Under the pieces are notes generated by a model. That model was not told the origin of the DNA. It made no database searches and was given only the letters and a program-made list of their open reading frames with translations. A DNA stretch of 64,000 bases from a candidate division WWE3 bacterium (GTDB taxonomy: Bacteria; Patescibacteriota; WWE3; UBA101185; UBA10185): assembly GCA_012798115.1 (NCBI GenBank), contig JAAZNV010000009.1, positions 10,156 through 74,155 on the forward strand, read 5' to 3'. Positions within the stretch are counted from its first letter, which is position 1. The number at the start of each line of letters is the position of its first letter. Shown one piece after another: positions 1 to 8,880 of the stretch. The position numbers were made by a program, and so were the translations under genes.

Positions 1-1323
1 TTAGACGGGGATGGAAACATTGTTTCAGGAGGGAGCTCGGATACACATGAGTGTATGGAAGAAACTTATGAGGATGATATAGAAAATGCCAGGGAAAAAG
101 CTGAAGAAGAAGGAATACCATCATGTCCAACGGATGCACTTGCTTACGCATACCCACATACTACACGTGAAATATCATTAACAATCAATACTCCAGCTTG
201 CACTGTCTCTGCAGCAGGACCTTTTGTATGTAATGGGGATTTACAAAAAATATCAACGTTAAAATCAACACAGGAAGTTTTAAGAGCCAATAATGATGCT
301 GTAGCAGTTGATGACATAGCTATAGCAGACAATGAATTAAGAATGAGCCTTCAATCTCCACAAGAAGATATATATCATGAAGCCTTTACAGCAGTATCAC
401 ATGGAATATATTCAGCAGACAGTTCTATCAAACCAGCTGATACATCTAGAAATATATCAACAGGAAAAGATTCATATGGACTAGGAGCATCTAATGTAAA
501 TTCTGGATACATTAGAAGTTTATTTGCAGCACCTGCTGCAAAATCTTCTACTGTAACTTATAACCCTTATTCTATTCATTGTAAAAATACAGAATTATTA
601 GGAGCAGGAGGATGGGATTGTGAGACACAAGCAATGCCGGAGCCAGAAATCGCAGACATAGAAGCCTTGAATATAGATCAAAGTTGTGCGTTAAATATGT
701 CAAAAAAGTGCAAGGAGCTAATTTTTGCTCGTACTATTGCAAGTTCTTCAGCAAGTTCTGGTCTTGACATACCTCCTAACAGTATGGAATTTTCTGATAC
801 GTTCTACAGAATTATAAGTGCAGCTGGAACAAGGTTTAATGTACCAGCATCAGTCATTTTGACCTACATGGCCGGTATTGGAAAGCTTAATGAATATGAA
901 TATTATTGGAGTGAAGCTGGAGAAAAGAAATTATTGTTGGCTAGTGCGCCATGGTATGGAACTTTTCCTAGATGTGATGATACTGCCATTGGAGCAGTTG
1001 GATCATATGATTGGTTATTGTTTTGGTTCAATTTTTCAATCAAAAATATTGCTGTAGCACCAGTTGCTTTAGATGAAATAGCTGAAAACAGATCAACAAC
1101 AGCAAGTAGATGTAACTTTATGGACTCTACATATATTACTGCAGCAGCCCTCTACAACGAAGGTCCAAGAACTGGTTGTAGCGGTTGGACAATGGAAAAC
1201 AGTGCTAGAACTTTAAAGGCATTAACATTTGGGCAAGATTCAATAGGAACATCCTACTCCAGAGATACTAGATACTTTGGATGGCAAAATCTAAGAGATA
1301 TATTTACTTACTGCAAATATTGA
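1..1323 (+). CDS. 3'-portion of a larger ORF continuing upstream of the window; secreted/surface protein of unknown function
   Basis: Frame 1 is open from nt 1 (LDGDGNIVSGGSSDTHEC...) into the listed 55..1323 ORF. No motif recognised. Converges on the membrane-protein gene at 1348. Confidence 0.4.
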   Translation, partial: LDGDGNIVSGGSSDTHECMEETYEDDIENAREKAEEEGIPSCPTDALAYAYPHTTREISLTINTPACTVSAAGPFVCNGDLQKISTLKSTQEVLRANNDAVAVDDIAIADNELRMSLQSPQEDIYHEAFTAVSHGIYSADSSIKPADTSRNISTGKDSYGLGASNVNSGYIRSLFAAPAAKSSTVTYNPYSIHCKNTELLGAGGWDCETQAMPEPEIADIEALNIDQSCALNMSKKCKELIFARTIASSSASSGLDIPPNSMEFSDTFYRIISAAGTRFNVPASVILTYMAGIGKLNEYEYYWSEAGEKKLLLASAPWYGTFPRCDDTAIGAVGSYDWLLFWFNFSIKNIAVAPVALDEIAENRSTTASRCNFMDSTYITAAALYNEGPRTGCSGWTMENSARTLKALTFGQDSIGTSYSRDTRYFGWQNLRDIFTYCKY

Positions 1324-1347
1324 CTATTCCTAAAACAGATTTGATGG

Positions 1348-2703
1348 TTATTTCTTTTTCTTATCTTCTCCAAAGAAACCAGCCACTGTTTTATCTATGC
1401 TTAAAGCAGTAATAAAACCATAAACCACAACTCCAAGAGGAACTATAATCCTCATAATGTTCCCCCAACCAGAGGTTTCTGCATTAGCTTCAGCATATGC
1501 TCTCAATGTTGTAAAACCAAGAAGAACAATTACAGGTATTGTAAATCCCATTGCTGCTATTGATAATCCATGTTTAGCCATTCGTTTAAACCAGTCTGTC
1601 ATTCGAGCTTCACTCCCTGGTACCGTCCCAATTGCCATCTCAAAAGGAGCTGTTATAACTGCAAGGACCATTTTTAAATATATAAAACTAGCTTTTATGT
1701 TAACCACAAACCACAGAACAGCACATAAGATAGATATAACAATAGTCATAAGCAAAACACCATAACCCATACCAAAACGCATTTGTGCTACTTGAATAGC
1801 AGCAAATACTTCACCTGCTGAATGAACACCACCTCCCCAACCAAGCATACCAGGAACAAAACTCATAACTATCGAATAGCCACCTCTAAAAATACCCCAT
1901 GCAATTGCAACAATTGCAGCACCAATTGGATAGCTAAAAATAATAAGCAACAAACCTATGGCTATTTTAGGAATGGCATACTGTACACTAACAACTAATT
2001 GTTGGTTTACTTTCTTTCTCATAATTATTAGTATCCCAGTATAAAGAAGCACAATAGATATAATTCCTAGAGACACATTTCTACATAATTTCCATATTTC
2101 AAAAGCAGCTGATAGCAAAGGCATATTGTATCTTTCAACGGAAACAGGAGCTGCCCATGCTTTATTTACAAATGGGACCTTAGCTATAGACTTATTCCAG
2201 AAATACGCCAAGTTAAGCACTAATGGTTCTTTTCTATTAAAATCTTCAAGTGAATATGCAAGACCTAAAATACTGCCCCTAACTGATTTGGAAATATTAG
2301 ACTCGTTAGCAATATTTGTTCCACCACCAACTTTTACATTATTAACTATAATTCTGCATTCATCATCAGTGCGAGCACCACAAGCCTCGACGCCCTCAGG
2401 AAGAAAATCACTTGGGTACGCAAAACTTCTTGCTAAGTAAGATTCGCAACCAATCATATCAGTCAATGTAACCCCATTAATATTAGCGTACATGGATACA
2501 AATACTGAAGTGATCATATTACCAACAATTCTTCTAATATCTAAATCCCACCAATGGTCTGCTTGTTTATATATCAAATACTCAGGATCGCAGCTACTAT
2601 CTCCACCTTCTTCTTCAGCCAAAGCAGCTTTAGGAAAAATAAACAACGATGCTATAAAGAAAATCATCAAAGAAACAATTATTTTAGTCTTAAAATTTTT
2701 CAT
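1348..2703 (-). CDS. Signal-peptide plus polytopic membrane protein: ~200-aa extracytoplasmic domain then 5-6 TM helices; VirB6/TrbL-like architecture (tentative)
   Basis: N-terminus MKNFKTKIIVSLMIFFIASLFIFPKAALA looks like a signal peptide. The C-terminal half carries multiple hydrophobic helices and a KKKK tail. Adjacent to the CHAP-hydrolase and pilin-like genes. Confidence 0.35.
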   Translation of the reverse strand: MKNFKTKIIVSLMIFFIASLFIFPKAALAEEEGGDSSCDPEYLIYKQADHWWDLDIRRIVGNMITSVFVSMYANINGVTLTDMIGCESYLARSFAYPSDFLPEGVEACGARTDDECRIIVNNVKVGGGTNIANESNISKSVRGSILGLAYSLEDFNRKEPLVLNLAYFWNKSIAKVPFVNKAWAAPVSVERYNMPLLSAAFEIWKLCRNVSLGIISIVLLYTGILIIMRKKVNQQLVVSVQYAIPKIAIGLLLIIFSYPIGAAIVAIAWGIFRGGYSIVMSFVPGMLGWGGGVHSAGEVFAAIQVAQMRFGMGYGVLLMTIVISILCAVLWFVVNIKASFIYLKMVLAVITAPFEMAIGTVPGSEARMTDWFKRMAKHGLSIAAMGFTIPVIVLLGFTTLRAYAEANAETSGWGNIMRIIVPLGVVVYGFITALSIDKTVAGFFGEDKKKK

Positions 2704-2768
2704 AATTTATAATGATCTAAATATATTATATGCGTAAATCATTTTCAATTATAGAATAATATATACAT

Positions 2769-5700
2769 ATGGCAAATAACCCTCTTTATCCTGGATATCA
2801 ACCAGGAAAGAAAAACGATGAAAATATTAATCCGTTATATCCTGGCTATTATGCAGGTCAACCTTTGCAAAGGAGACCATCTCCTAAGAATTACTTAAGA
2901 CCAATTGAATATGAAGGGGATAAAATTGCACAAGCACTTGATGAAACAGAGCAAGGGGTTCTAAAAACCATGAATGTACCAAAGTGGATAATAGAAAGAG
3001 TAGCTGATGATTGGAAGAGCAAGTACAAAATATCAATTAAGCCACCGGATATAGAAACTACAGAATTAGATGATTATGCAACCGAAGATTTTCCAGGTGC
3101 TGTTACCACATTAAATGTAGATCCTGGAAGCTGGAAAAAAGATGCAAAGAAAGAAGCTGTAAAGACAATAAAATCATGGGTTAAAGAATCCACTGGATTT
3201 GATACAGATAACCCTCTTAAAACTGATTTTTCTGATATAGAAAACAAGGTGAATCATGAGTTGTGGATTAGAGCATTAGGTTATGGAAAACCAGATACTT
3301 GGCTTGAGGAAAAGACAAGTATGGGAGTAGCAAAAAGGGTAGCTGCCCCATTTCCAAACTTAAGTGAGAATCTACAAAAAGGAGAAAATCCTTTAAACGT
3401 TAGAGACGTGGCTGTATGGTACGTAGATGATAATGGAAACAAAGTAGTAAAAAAAGATATCTATCATAATACAGCAGCTGCTGCTGCAGAGTTTGCAGAG
3501 CAAAGCAGCAATCCTAAAGTTAGAGATAAGCTTCACTCTCAATTTATAGCAAATGCTATAAGCGCTACAAATACAGAAATTCAAGCTAAGTTTAGAAATC
3601 CTGGAATAAAAGATAGATCTTTTTTGGATAAGTATGAAGGAGATGTAAAACTTTTTGACATAAAAACTCAAACTATAGACGACATTCGTAACCTACAAGA
3701 AAAAACCTTAAAAGGAACTACAAAAGAAATAAAGAAATCAATATTAAAAGGGGCTAAAAGAGATTCTTATGCATCAACTTGGGAAGAACTAGAGATTGCA
3801 TTAAATAAAGCAAGCAATAATCAAAAGACTAGAATGAAGAATGCAGAAACTCTTTTATCTCAAGGAAAGATCTCAAAAGAAGCTTTTGATAAGCTACAAA
3901 AGAGTGTAAATGACTATAACAGTTTCTTAGATAATGCGTTAGACAAAGTTACAGGAGCTAAAGATGGAAAACTTTCACCAACTATAGTTTTACACTCGCT
4001 AACTGGGGTTGGAGAAAAAAGTCTTGTAGAAGAAAATCTTTTCACAAAAAGTATAGTAGGAAAACTACAAAAGGATGCTGAGTACAGTATGATAAGTACC
4101 AAACCAGGTGAGATTGGAAGAATGTTACGTGATGATAACTTGAAGGCTCAAGGAATGAGTTTTAGCGCAGAAAAGATAAGTGCTGTTGCATATAGACTAA
4201 GAAGAGAAAAGATAGGACAACAAACCACTGAATTTTTAGAAGCAGTAAACGACCCTAAAAAGGCATTAGAAAGATATGCATGGAACAGGGTAACAAGCAG
4301 AATGTCTCCAAGATTAGCTGCATTTACTACTGGTGAGTACATTGAAAACAGATTAAAAAAGAGAAACTACTTTGGACTAAAAGTTGATGAAAGTGGAATA
4401 CCAAGTACCCTTAGCGGTTCAAAAAGGGCTGTAAGAAAATTTGAAAGATTCGAGAGAAAGTATGGATACAAAGTGGATATTAAGTTAGAGAAGAAATATT
4501 TTGGTGTCGGGAAATTAACCGTTAGAGGAGGGGACCAGTTTAAGATTTTAAACAACAAGCTACTTAAAGGACTTGATTCTGAAATCGATAAAGAATTTTT
4601 ATTGCATACCCTTGGAGATGGGAAAGTTACAGCAGATATGTTATCTAAAAAGTTTTTTGGTAAAACTTTTAAAGATTTAACTGGAGGAGAGAAAAAAGAA
4701 ATAGCTGCATTTGCAAGAGAATCCAGAGCTTATAGAGAATGGGTTAATAGCTTATCAGATAAATTTGGCGATAAAACAAAGCAAGGACTTTTTGGGTATG
4801 AATTATTCAAGAGAGTAAAAGGCAAGAATGATGAACTACCAAATGGGTATAGTCTTACAAGAAAATACGCTGGAAGGTTAGAAAAAGTTCACAAGAAGAT
4901 GTTAGAGGCAAAAGCTAAGTTTGAAAAGAGTGCTATTGGTAAGTTAATAAAAATAGCCAGCAACTGGAGAGAGATGGCAGCAGAGAAGATTGCTGAGTTG
5001 GTCTCTAAGTTAGTAGCTAAGTTAATAGGAGCTGTTGCAGGCTCAACTGGAATATTTGCAGTACTTGGACCAATAATAGAAAAGGCTGTTAATTTTGTGG
5101 TCAAAGAGGTTGTGAAGAGAGTAACAGATTTCTTCAGTGCTGTTGTAAAAGGGGATATAGACAAAGCATTTGAGGTTCTTGAGGAAGCTGCTAAGAAGTT
5201 TGCACTTGGGTGTTCACTAATATTTGCTCCATTTTTTGCTGCCATAATAAGTATTGTATTGCTGTTAGGTTCCATACTAGGTGGATCTGAATCTCCAATT
5301 GATAGAACTGCCGACTCGACATTAATAAAAAGTCAGACAGAGTTTGTCTCAGGAGAAAATGCAGTCGTTAAAATAACAAAGGGTGCAACTGTAAAGGTAC
5401 TAGGAACTGGAGAAACAATTACTAATCCAAACCATTTTGAAAACAGTGTTTTAAGAAGCGGCCTGCAAGTAACATACAAAGTGCATGTAACTCCAAAGAT
5501 TACTTTACCAAACGGATCAGTATTTTTTATAGATGAAGTGTTGGCAAGAAATGAAATGGATTCATGGAGTGTTAAAAACTACGGTACAACAATGGTAAAC
5601 CCGTTTATAGCAGGAAATACAATAACATACGATCTTACGCCACCTATCATTATAAAAGGTGATAAGTTTAAAGATTCTGTAGTAGCCAATACTGCCACAG

Positions 5701-6362
5701 CATACACTCCAGAGGTTGAAGATGTGGCAGAGGCTGAATCAGTAAGTGCAGTTAGAAGCTTTTCTATAGGAGATGCAATGTCGGATGTTCAAGGGTGTGA
5801 AGGGTATGACGTAGGAATATTGCCAGCTAGAGACCCCAATGCTAATAGAGTAGCCCAAAGAGCTTACGACATAGCATCTGGACTAGAAAGAGGTTTCTGG
5901 TGTGATTTTAACCAAAGCCATGACTACCCGCAGTTATGGGATAGTGGGTGGTGGGCACAGTATGGGGCATGGGGGTTAGATGTTGAAAAAGCTAGCACGG
6001 AAGGCGCTTATAAGCTATTTTGGTGTACATGGTTAGTCATAAAATCATATCAAGAAACCACAGATGAAAACTTTCCTGTTGCTACATACGTTCCAAATAT
6101 GAAAAAGTTCTTTGAAGAAAATACAGCAAAAGGATATTCGTATACACCTAGAGATGCAATAACAATAGATGAGATTCAGTCAGGAGATGTATTGTTCTTT
6201 AAAGGCCACGTGGCAATAATATACTCAAAGACATCTGATAGTGTTACTACTGTTGAGTCTAACAATATAAAACTCTCAGTTCCAATAACAACTGCTGAAG
6301 ATGGCCACCTGCCAGGAAGTCTTGGCAGATTAGAAATTATCGGTATTGGTCATAAAAGATAA
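2769..6362 (+). CDS. Giant (1197 aa) protein: large Lys-rich coiled-coil cytoplasmic region, two central TM segments, C-terminal extracytoplasmic CHAP/NlpC-P60-like cysteine peptidase (peptidoglycan hydrolase) domain
   Basis: No signal peptide. N-terminal repeat NPLYPGY x2. Hydrophobic segments VAKLIGAVAGSTGIFAVLGPII and FALGCSLIFAPFFAAIISIVLLLGSILGG. C-terminus has Cys (FWCTW/GFWCDF) and a GDVLFFKGHVAIIYS His motif typical of CHAP/NlpC-P60 amidases. Confidence 0.6.
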   Translation: MANNPLYPGYQPGKKNDENINPLYPGYYAGQPLQRRPSPKNYLRPIEYEGDKIAQALDETEQGVLKTMNVPKWIIERVADDWKSKYKISIKPPDIETTELDDYATEDFPGAVTTLNVDPGSWKKDAKKEAVKTIKSWVKESTGFDTDNPLKTDFSDIENKVNHELWIRALGYGKPDTWLEEKTSMGVAKRVAAPFPNLSENLQKGENPLNVRDVAVWYVDDNGNKVVKKDIYHNTAAAAAEFAEQSSNPKVRDKLHSQFIANAISATNTEIQAKFRNPGIKDRSFLDKYEGDVKLFDIKTQTIDDIRNLQEKTLKGTTKEIKKSILKGAKRDSYASTWEELEIALNKASNNQKTRMKNAETLLSQGKISKEAFDKLQKSVNDYNSFLDNALDKVTGAKDGKLSPTIVLHSLTGVGEKSLVEENLFTKSIVGKLQKDAEYSMISTKPGEIGRMLRDDNLKAQGMSFSAEKISAVAYRLRREKIGQQTTEFLEAVNDPKKALERYAWNRVTSRMSPRLAAFTTGEYIENRLKKRNYFGLKVDESGIPSTLSGSKRAVRKFERFERKYGYKVDIKLEKKYFGVGKLTVRGGDQFKILNNKLLKGLDSEIDKEFLLHTLGDGKVTADMLSKKFFGKTFKDLTGGEKKEIAAFARESRAYREWVNSLSDKFGDKTKQGLFGYELFKRVKGKNDELPNGYSLTRKYAGRLEKVHKKMLEAKAKFEKSAIGKLIKIASNWREMAAEKIAELVSKLVAKLIGAVAGSTGIFAVLGPIIEKAVNFVVKEVVKRVTDFFSAVVKGDIDKAFEVLEEAAKKFALGCSLIFAPFFAAIISIVLLLGSILGGSESPIDRTADSTLIKSQTEFVSGENAVVKITKGATVKVLGTGETITNPNHFENSVLRSGLQVTYKVHVTPKITLPNGSVFFIDEVLARNEMDSWSVKNYGTTMVNPFIAGNTITYDLTPPIIIKGDKFKDSVVANTATAYTPEVEDVAEAESVSAVRSFSIGDAMSDVQGCEGYDVGILPARDPNANRVAQRAYDIASGLERGFWCDFNQSHDYPQLWDSGWWAQYGAWGLDVEKASTEGAYKLFWCTWLVIKSYQETTDENFPVATYVPNMKKFFEENTAKGYSYTPRDAITIDEIQSGDVLFFKGHVAIIYSKTSDSVTTVESNNIKLSVPITTAEDGHLPGSLGRLEIIGIGHKR

Positions 6363-6388
6363 GATGATGGTATTATAGAAATATATTT

Positions 6389-6841
6389 ATGCGAATATTT
6401 AAGGAAAACAAGATAATACTCATAGCCTTAGTTTTACTAGTAACTGTCCTCTTGCTTTTTACCCTTAAGAAAGATACTAAGAACACAGATTTAAGTAGTT
6501 ATAAGAAAACTACTAGCGAACAAAAAAAAGGACAAGCAGCAACTGACACAAGTACAGAGAACAGTCTTCCAAATGATTACGAACATGCAGAAGCTATAAA
6601 AGAACTTCTCAAAGAATATCCGTGGTACTCAAAATTACCAATAGACAATAATGAATATACAATAGTATGGGATCTTGATATAGAGAAATTTAGAATACGA
6701 TTAAAGATACCTGAAACAAGTCCTCAAGAATCAAAGGATTCTTTGATTGCAAAAGCAGTAGAAGATATAAAAACACTAACTGGAGAAGATTTTCAAAAGT
6801 ACACCTATTACGTACTATACCCAAGGACAACACAAGATTAA
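6389..6841 (+). CDS. Small N-terminally membrane-anchored protein, unknown function
   Basis: N-terminal TM (IILIALVLLVTVLLLFTL) followed by a charged domain. Immediately downstream of the CHAP protein. Confidence 0.45.
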   Translation: MRIFKENKIILIALVLLVTVLLLFTLKKDTKNTDLSSYKKTTSEQKKGQAATDTSTENSLPNDYEHAEAIKELLKEYPWYSKLPIDNNEYTIVWDLDIEKFRIRLKIPETSPQESKDSLIAKAVEDIKTLTGEDFQKYTYYVLYPRTTQD

Positions 6842-6848
6842 TACAGAG

Positions 6849-7307
6849 TTAATAAGGGGAGTCAGGAACATCTAACAAATCATTTAATGCACCAAAAATA
6901 TTGCCTAAGACAGACGATGGTGACGTTATGCTGGTTATTCCAAATATTTTAGCAACTATTATAAATATTGAAAAAAACAAAACTATCACAAAAAAACCAT
7001 AAACTGCGTATGTCCATGTCTGTTGAGCACCTTCAAGTCCCCTAGGATCCCCTGTAGCCAAAGAAGCTTTAATAACCCCGTAAGCTATTAAAGCAACTAG
7101 TACACCACCAGAAGCATAAACAAGCGTATTAAATATTCTTCCAATTATGCCGTTTATCTGATCAAGAGATGGATTGTTATCCAAATCTGCAGCAAATACC
7201 TTTAAGATAAACAATTCAGCTGTAAATAAAAATATCATTAAGCTAGGAAGTAAGGAAGATACTTTTCCATGTATAACAATTGGGCTTAATTTTTTGTCTT
7301 TTTTCAT
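6849..7307 (-). CDS. VirB2/TrbC-like pilin-type small membrane protein, paralog 1 of 4; start refined to internal Met
   Basis: The listed ORF 6849..7400 overlaps the upstream gene by 88 bp. An internal ATG at 7305-7307 gives MKKDKKLSP...VFA|AD with a long signal-peptide-like N-terminus. Two hydrophobic helices flank TGDPRGLEGAQQTWTYAVYG, the motif shared by the three neighbours. Confidence 0.5.
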   Translation of the reverse strand: MKKDKKLSPIVIHGKVSSLLPSLMIFLFTAELFILKVFAADLDNNPSLDQINGIIGRIFNTLVYASGGVLVALIAYGVIKASLATGDPRGLEGAQQTWTYAVYGFFVIVLFFSIFIIVAKIFGITSITSPSSVLGNIFGALNDLLDVPDSPY

Positions 7308-7312
7308 ATCTG

Positions 7313-7618
7313 TTATATACCATTTGCTCCAATTAACTTCACAAGAATATCCTTTAATGCAAATGCAATCAAGACGACCACAAGACCTATGACAGACCAT
7401 GTAGCAGAACTTTGAGCTTTTTTTAAGAGCTTTTCATCTCCACGGCTCATAGCAAACTGTACGAAAGCAAACGCTAAAGTAACTACAGTTATACCCACAG
7501 CTATGATAATGGCAACATTAGCAGCCAATATTACCATAGACTGAGCGTTGCCAAACCTACTTGCAGCCTTATCACCAGATGCAAAGCTTCTTACAGCTGT
7601 TTCTAATGGTTCAAACAT
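7313..7618 (-). CDS. VirB2/TrbC-like pilin-type small membrane protein, paralog 2 of 4
   Basis: 101 aa with two TM helices flanking SRGDEKLLKKAQSSATWSVIG. Gap to the downstream gene is 5 nt. Confidence 0.5.
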   Translation of the reverse strand: MFEPLETAVRSFASGDKAASRFGNAQSMVILAANVAIIIAVGITVVTLAFAFVQFAMSRGDEKLLKKAQSSATWSVIGLVVVLIAFALKDILVKLIGANGI

Positions 7619-7644
7619 GTCATTAACCTATTAAATAAATAAAG

Positions 7645-7986
7645 CTAGTCGTTACCACCCAACAGATCGTCTTTTTGCCCCACAAGATTAAGTATTACAC
7701 CCTTAATAGCATAGACAAGGAACAAACCAACTCCGCCAATAACTGCATAAGTAACCCATTTCTGTGCTTGTTCCGTTGCAACCTTATCACCTTGTGATGT
7801 AATAAATCTAATAAATCCCATTGCAAGGAATACCACTACTAATGCTAGTCCAAGAATTATGACTAAGTTTGTGATCCACACAAAAACACTATTCAAATCA
7901 GTAAGTCTACCTCCTAAAGGATTGATAGGCTCTGTAGGAATATCAGTTGACGCAGCAAACACTTTTGTAACAAGTAAATCAAACAT
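7645..7986 (-). CDS. VirB2/TrbC-like pilin-type small membrane protein, paralog 3 of 4
   Basis: 113 aa with two TM helices flanking SQGDKVATEQAQKWVTYAVIG. Confidence 0.5.
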   Translation of the reverse strand: MFDLLVTKVFAASTDIPTEPINPLGGRLTDLNSVFVWITNLVIILGLALVVVFLAMGFIRFITSQGDKVATEQAQKWVTYAVIGGVGLFLVYAIKGVILNLVGQKDDLLGGND

Positions 7987-8017
7987 TTTATTACACCTCC
8001 TTAAATTTAATTAAACC

Positions 8018-8815
8018 TTAAATACTAATATTTCCTCCAATAAGTGAGTTGATTATAACTCTCAATATTGCAGCTGACAACAAAACAAAAATTATACCAA
8101 TAATAGCAGCAGTAAGTTGTCCTTGAGCATCTTGTGTTTTTTTAGGATCTCCTTCACTAGTCATTAGCATATAACCAGATATAACAACATAGCAAAAGCC
8201 AATAAAAAGTGCACCATAATATAATATCCTTGCAACAGGTGATATTAATTCTTGCCAGTTGGTGATCTTTGGACCTTTATATGAATCATTCAGAGATGGA
8301 CCACAAGTATTTATATTACATGTCATACCTGTACAACAATCAGATGGCTTTTCACATGGTTCTCCATATTTAGCACAAAAGAGATCTACAATTTCCTTTT
8401 TACAGCAAACTTCATTACTACCACAATTTCCTATAGCAATCTCCTTACACTTACCAGTTGGAACACATTTATGGGTACATTCTGTAATTAAAGCCCAACA
8501 TTTATCTGCTGTGTTACTACAAGAATAGCTAACCTGTTTGTAAAGGCTACCTGGGCTAGTGGGTGAACAGGTATAGCCTTTATCTGTACACTCATTTCCT
8601 GTTGGCTTCACCTTGCAACAAACGTTATTCATAGAACACGCACCTAAAAGGATGTGCGTAGTAGGGCAAGTAACAGCACTATAACATGTTCCACCTTCAT
8701 CTTTACACTCCTGCGGAGTTGTTACTGATGCACCATAAGACTTAGTTGAGGACAGAAAAATTATGAACCCTAAGAGAAATGAAAATGTAAGACACTTTGA
8801 AAATCTAGTTTTCAT
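8018..8815 (-). CDS. Secreted cysteine-rich (knottin/defensin-like repeat) domain fused to a C-terminal VirB2/TrbC-like pilin module (paralog 4 of 4)
   Basis: Signal peptide MKTRFSKCLTFSFLLGFIIFLSSTKSYG|A. About 170 aa with more than 20 Cys arranged in repeated C..C..CC blocks. The C-terminus (two TM helices flanking SEGDPKKTQDAQGQLTAAIIG) is paralogous to the three preceding genes. Confidence 0.5.
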   Translation of the reverse strand: MKTRFSKCLTFSFLLGFIIFLSSTKSYGASVTTPQECKDEGGTCYSAVTCPTTHILLGACSMNNVCCKVKPTGNECTDKGYTCSPTSPGSLYKQVSYSCSNTADKCWALITECTHKCVPTGKCKEIAIGNCGSNEVCCKKEIVDLFCAKYGEPCEKPSDCCTGMTCNINTCGPSLNDSYKGPKITNWQELISPVARILYYGALFIGFCYVVISGYMLMTSEGDPKKTQDAQGQLTAAIIGIIFVLLSAAILRVIINSLIGGNISI

Positions 8816-8880
8816 AATTAAATATTAACATAATAAAATTAGAGAAATATACATATATTTAACTGATATAATCTTCATAT

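Noticed and set aside
144-5275. Antisense or embedded ORFs 144-332, 1457-1765, 2126-2440, 2492-2737, 3393-3671, 3914-4102, 4148-4342, 4367-4558 and 4889-5275
   Set aside because: All lie wholly inside longer, better-supported ORFs on the opposite strand, with low-complexity or hydrophobic translations typical of mirror frames.
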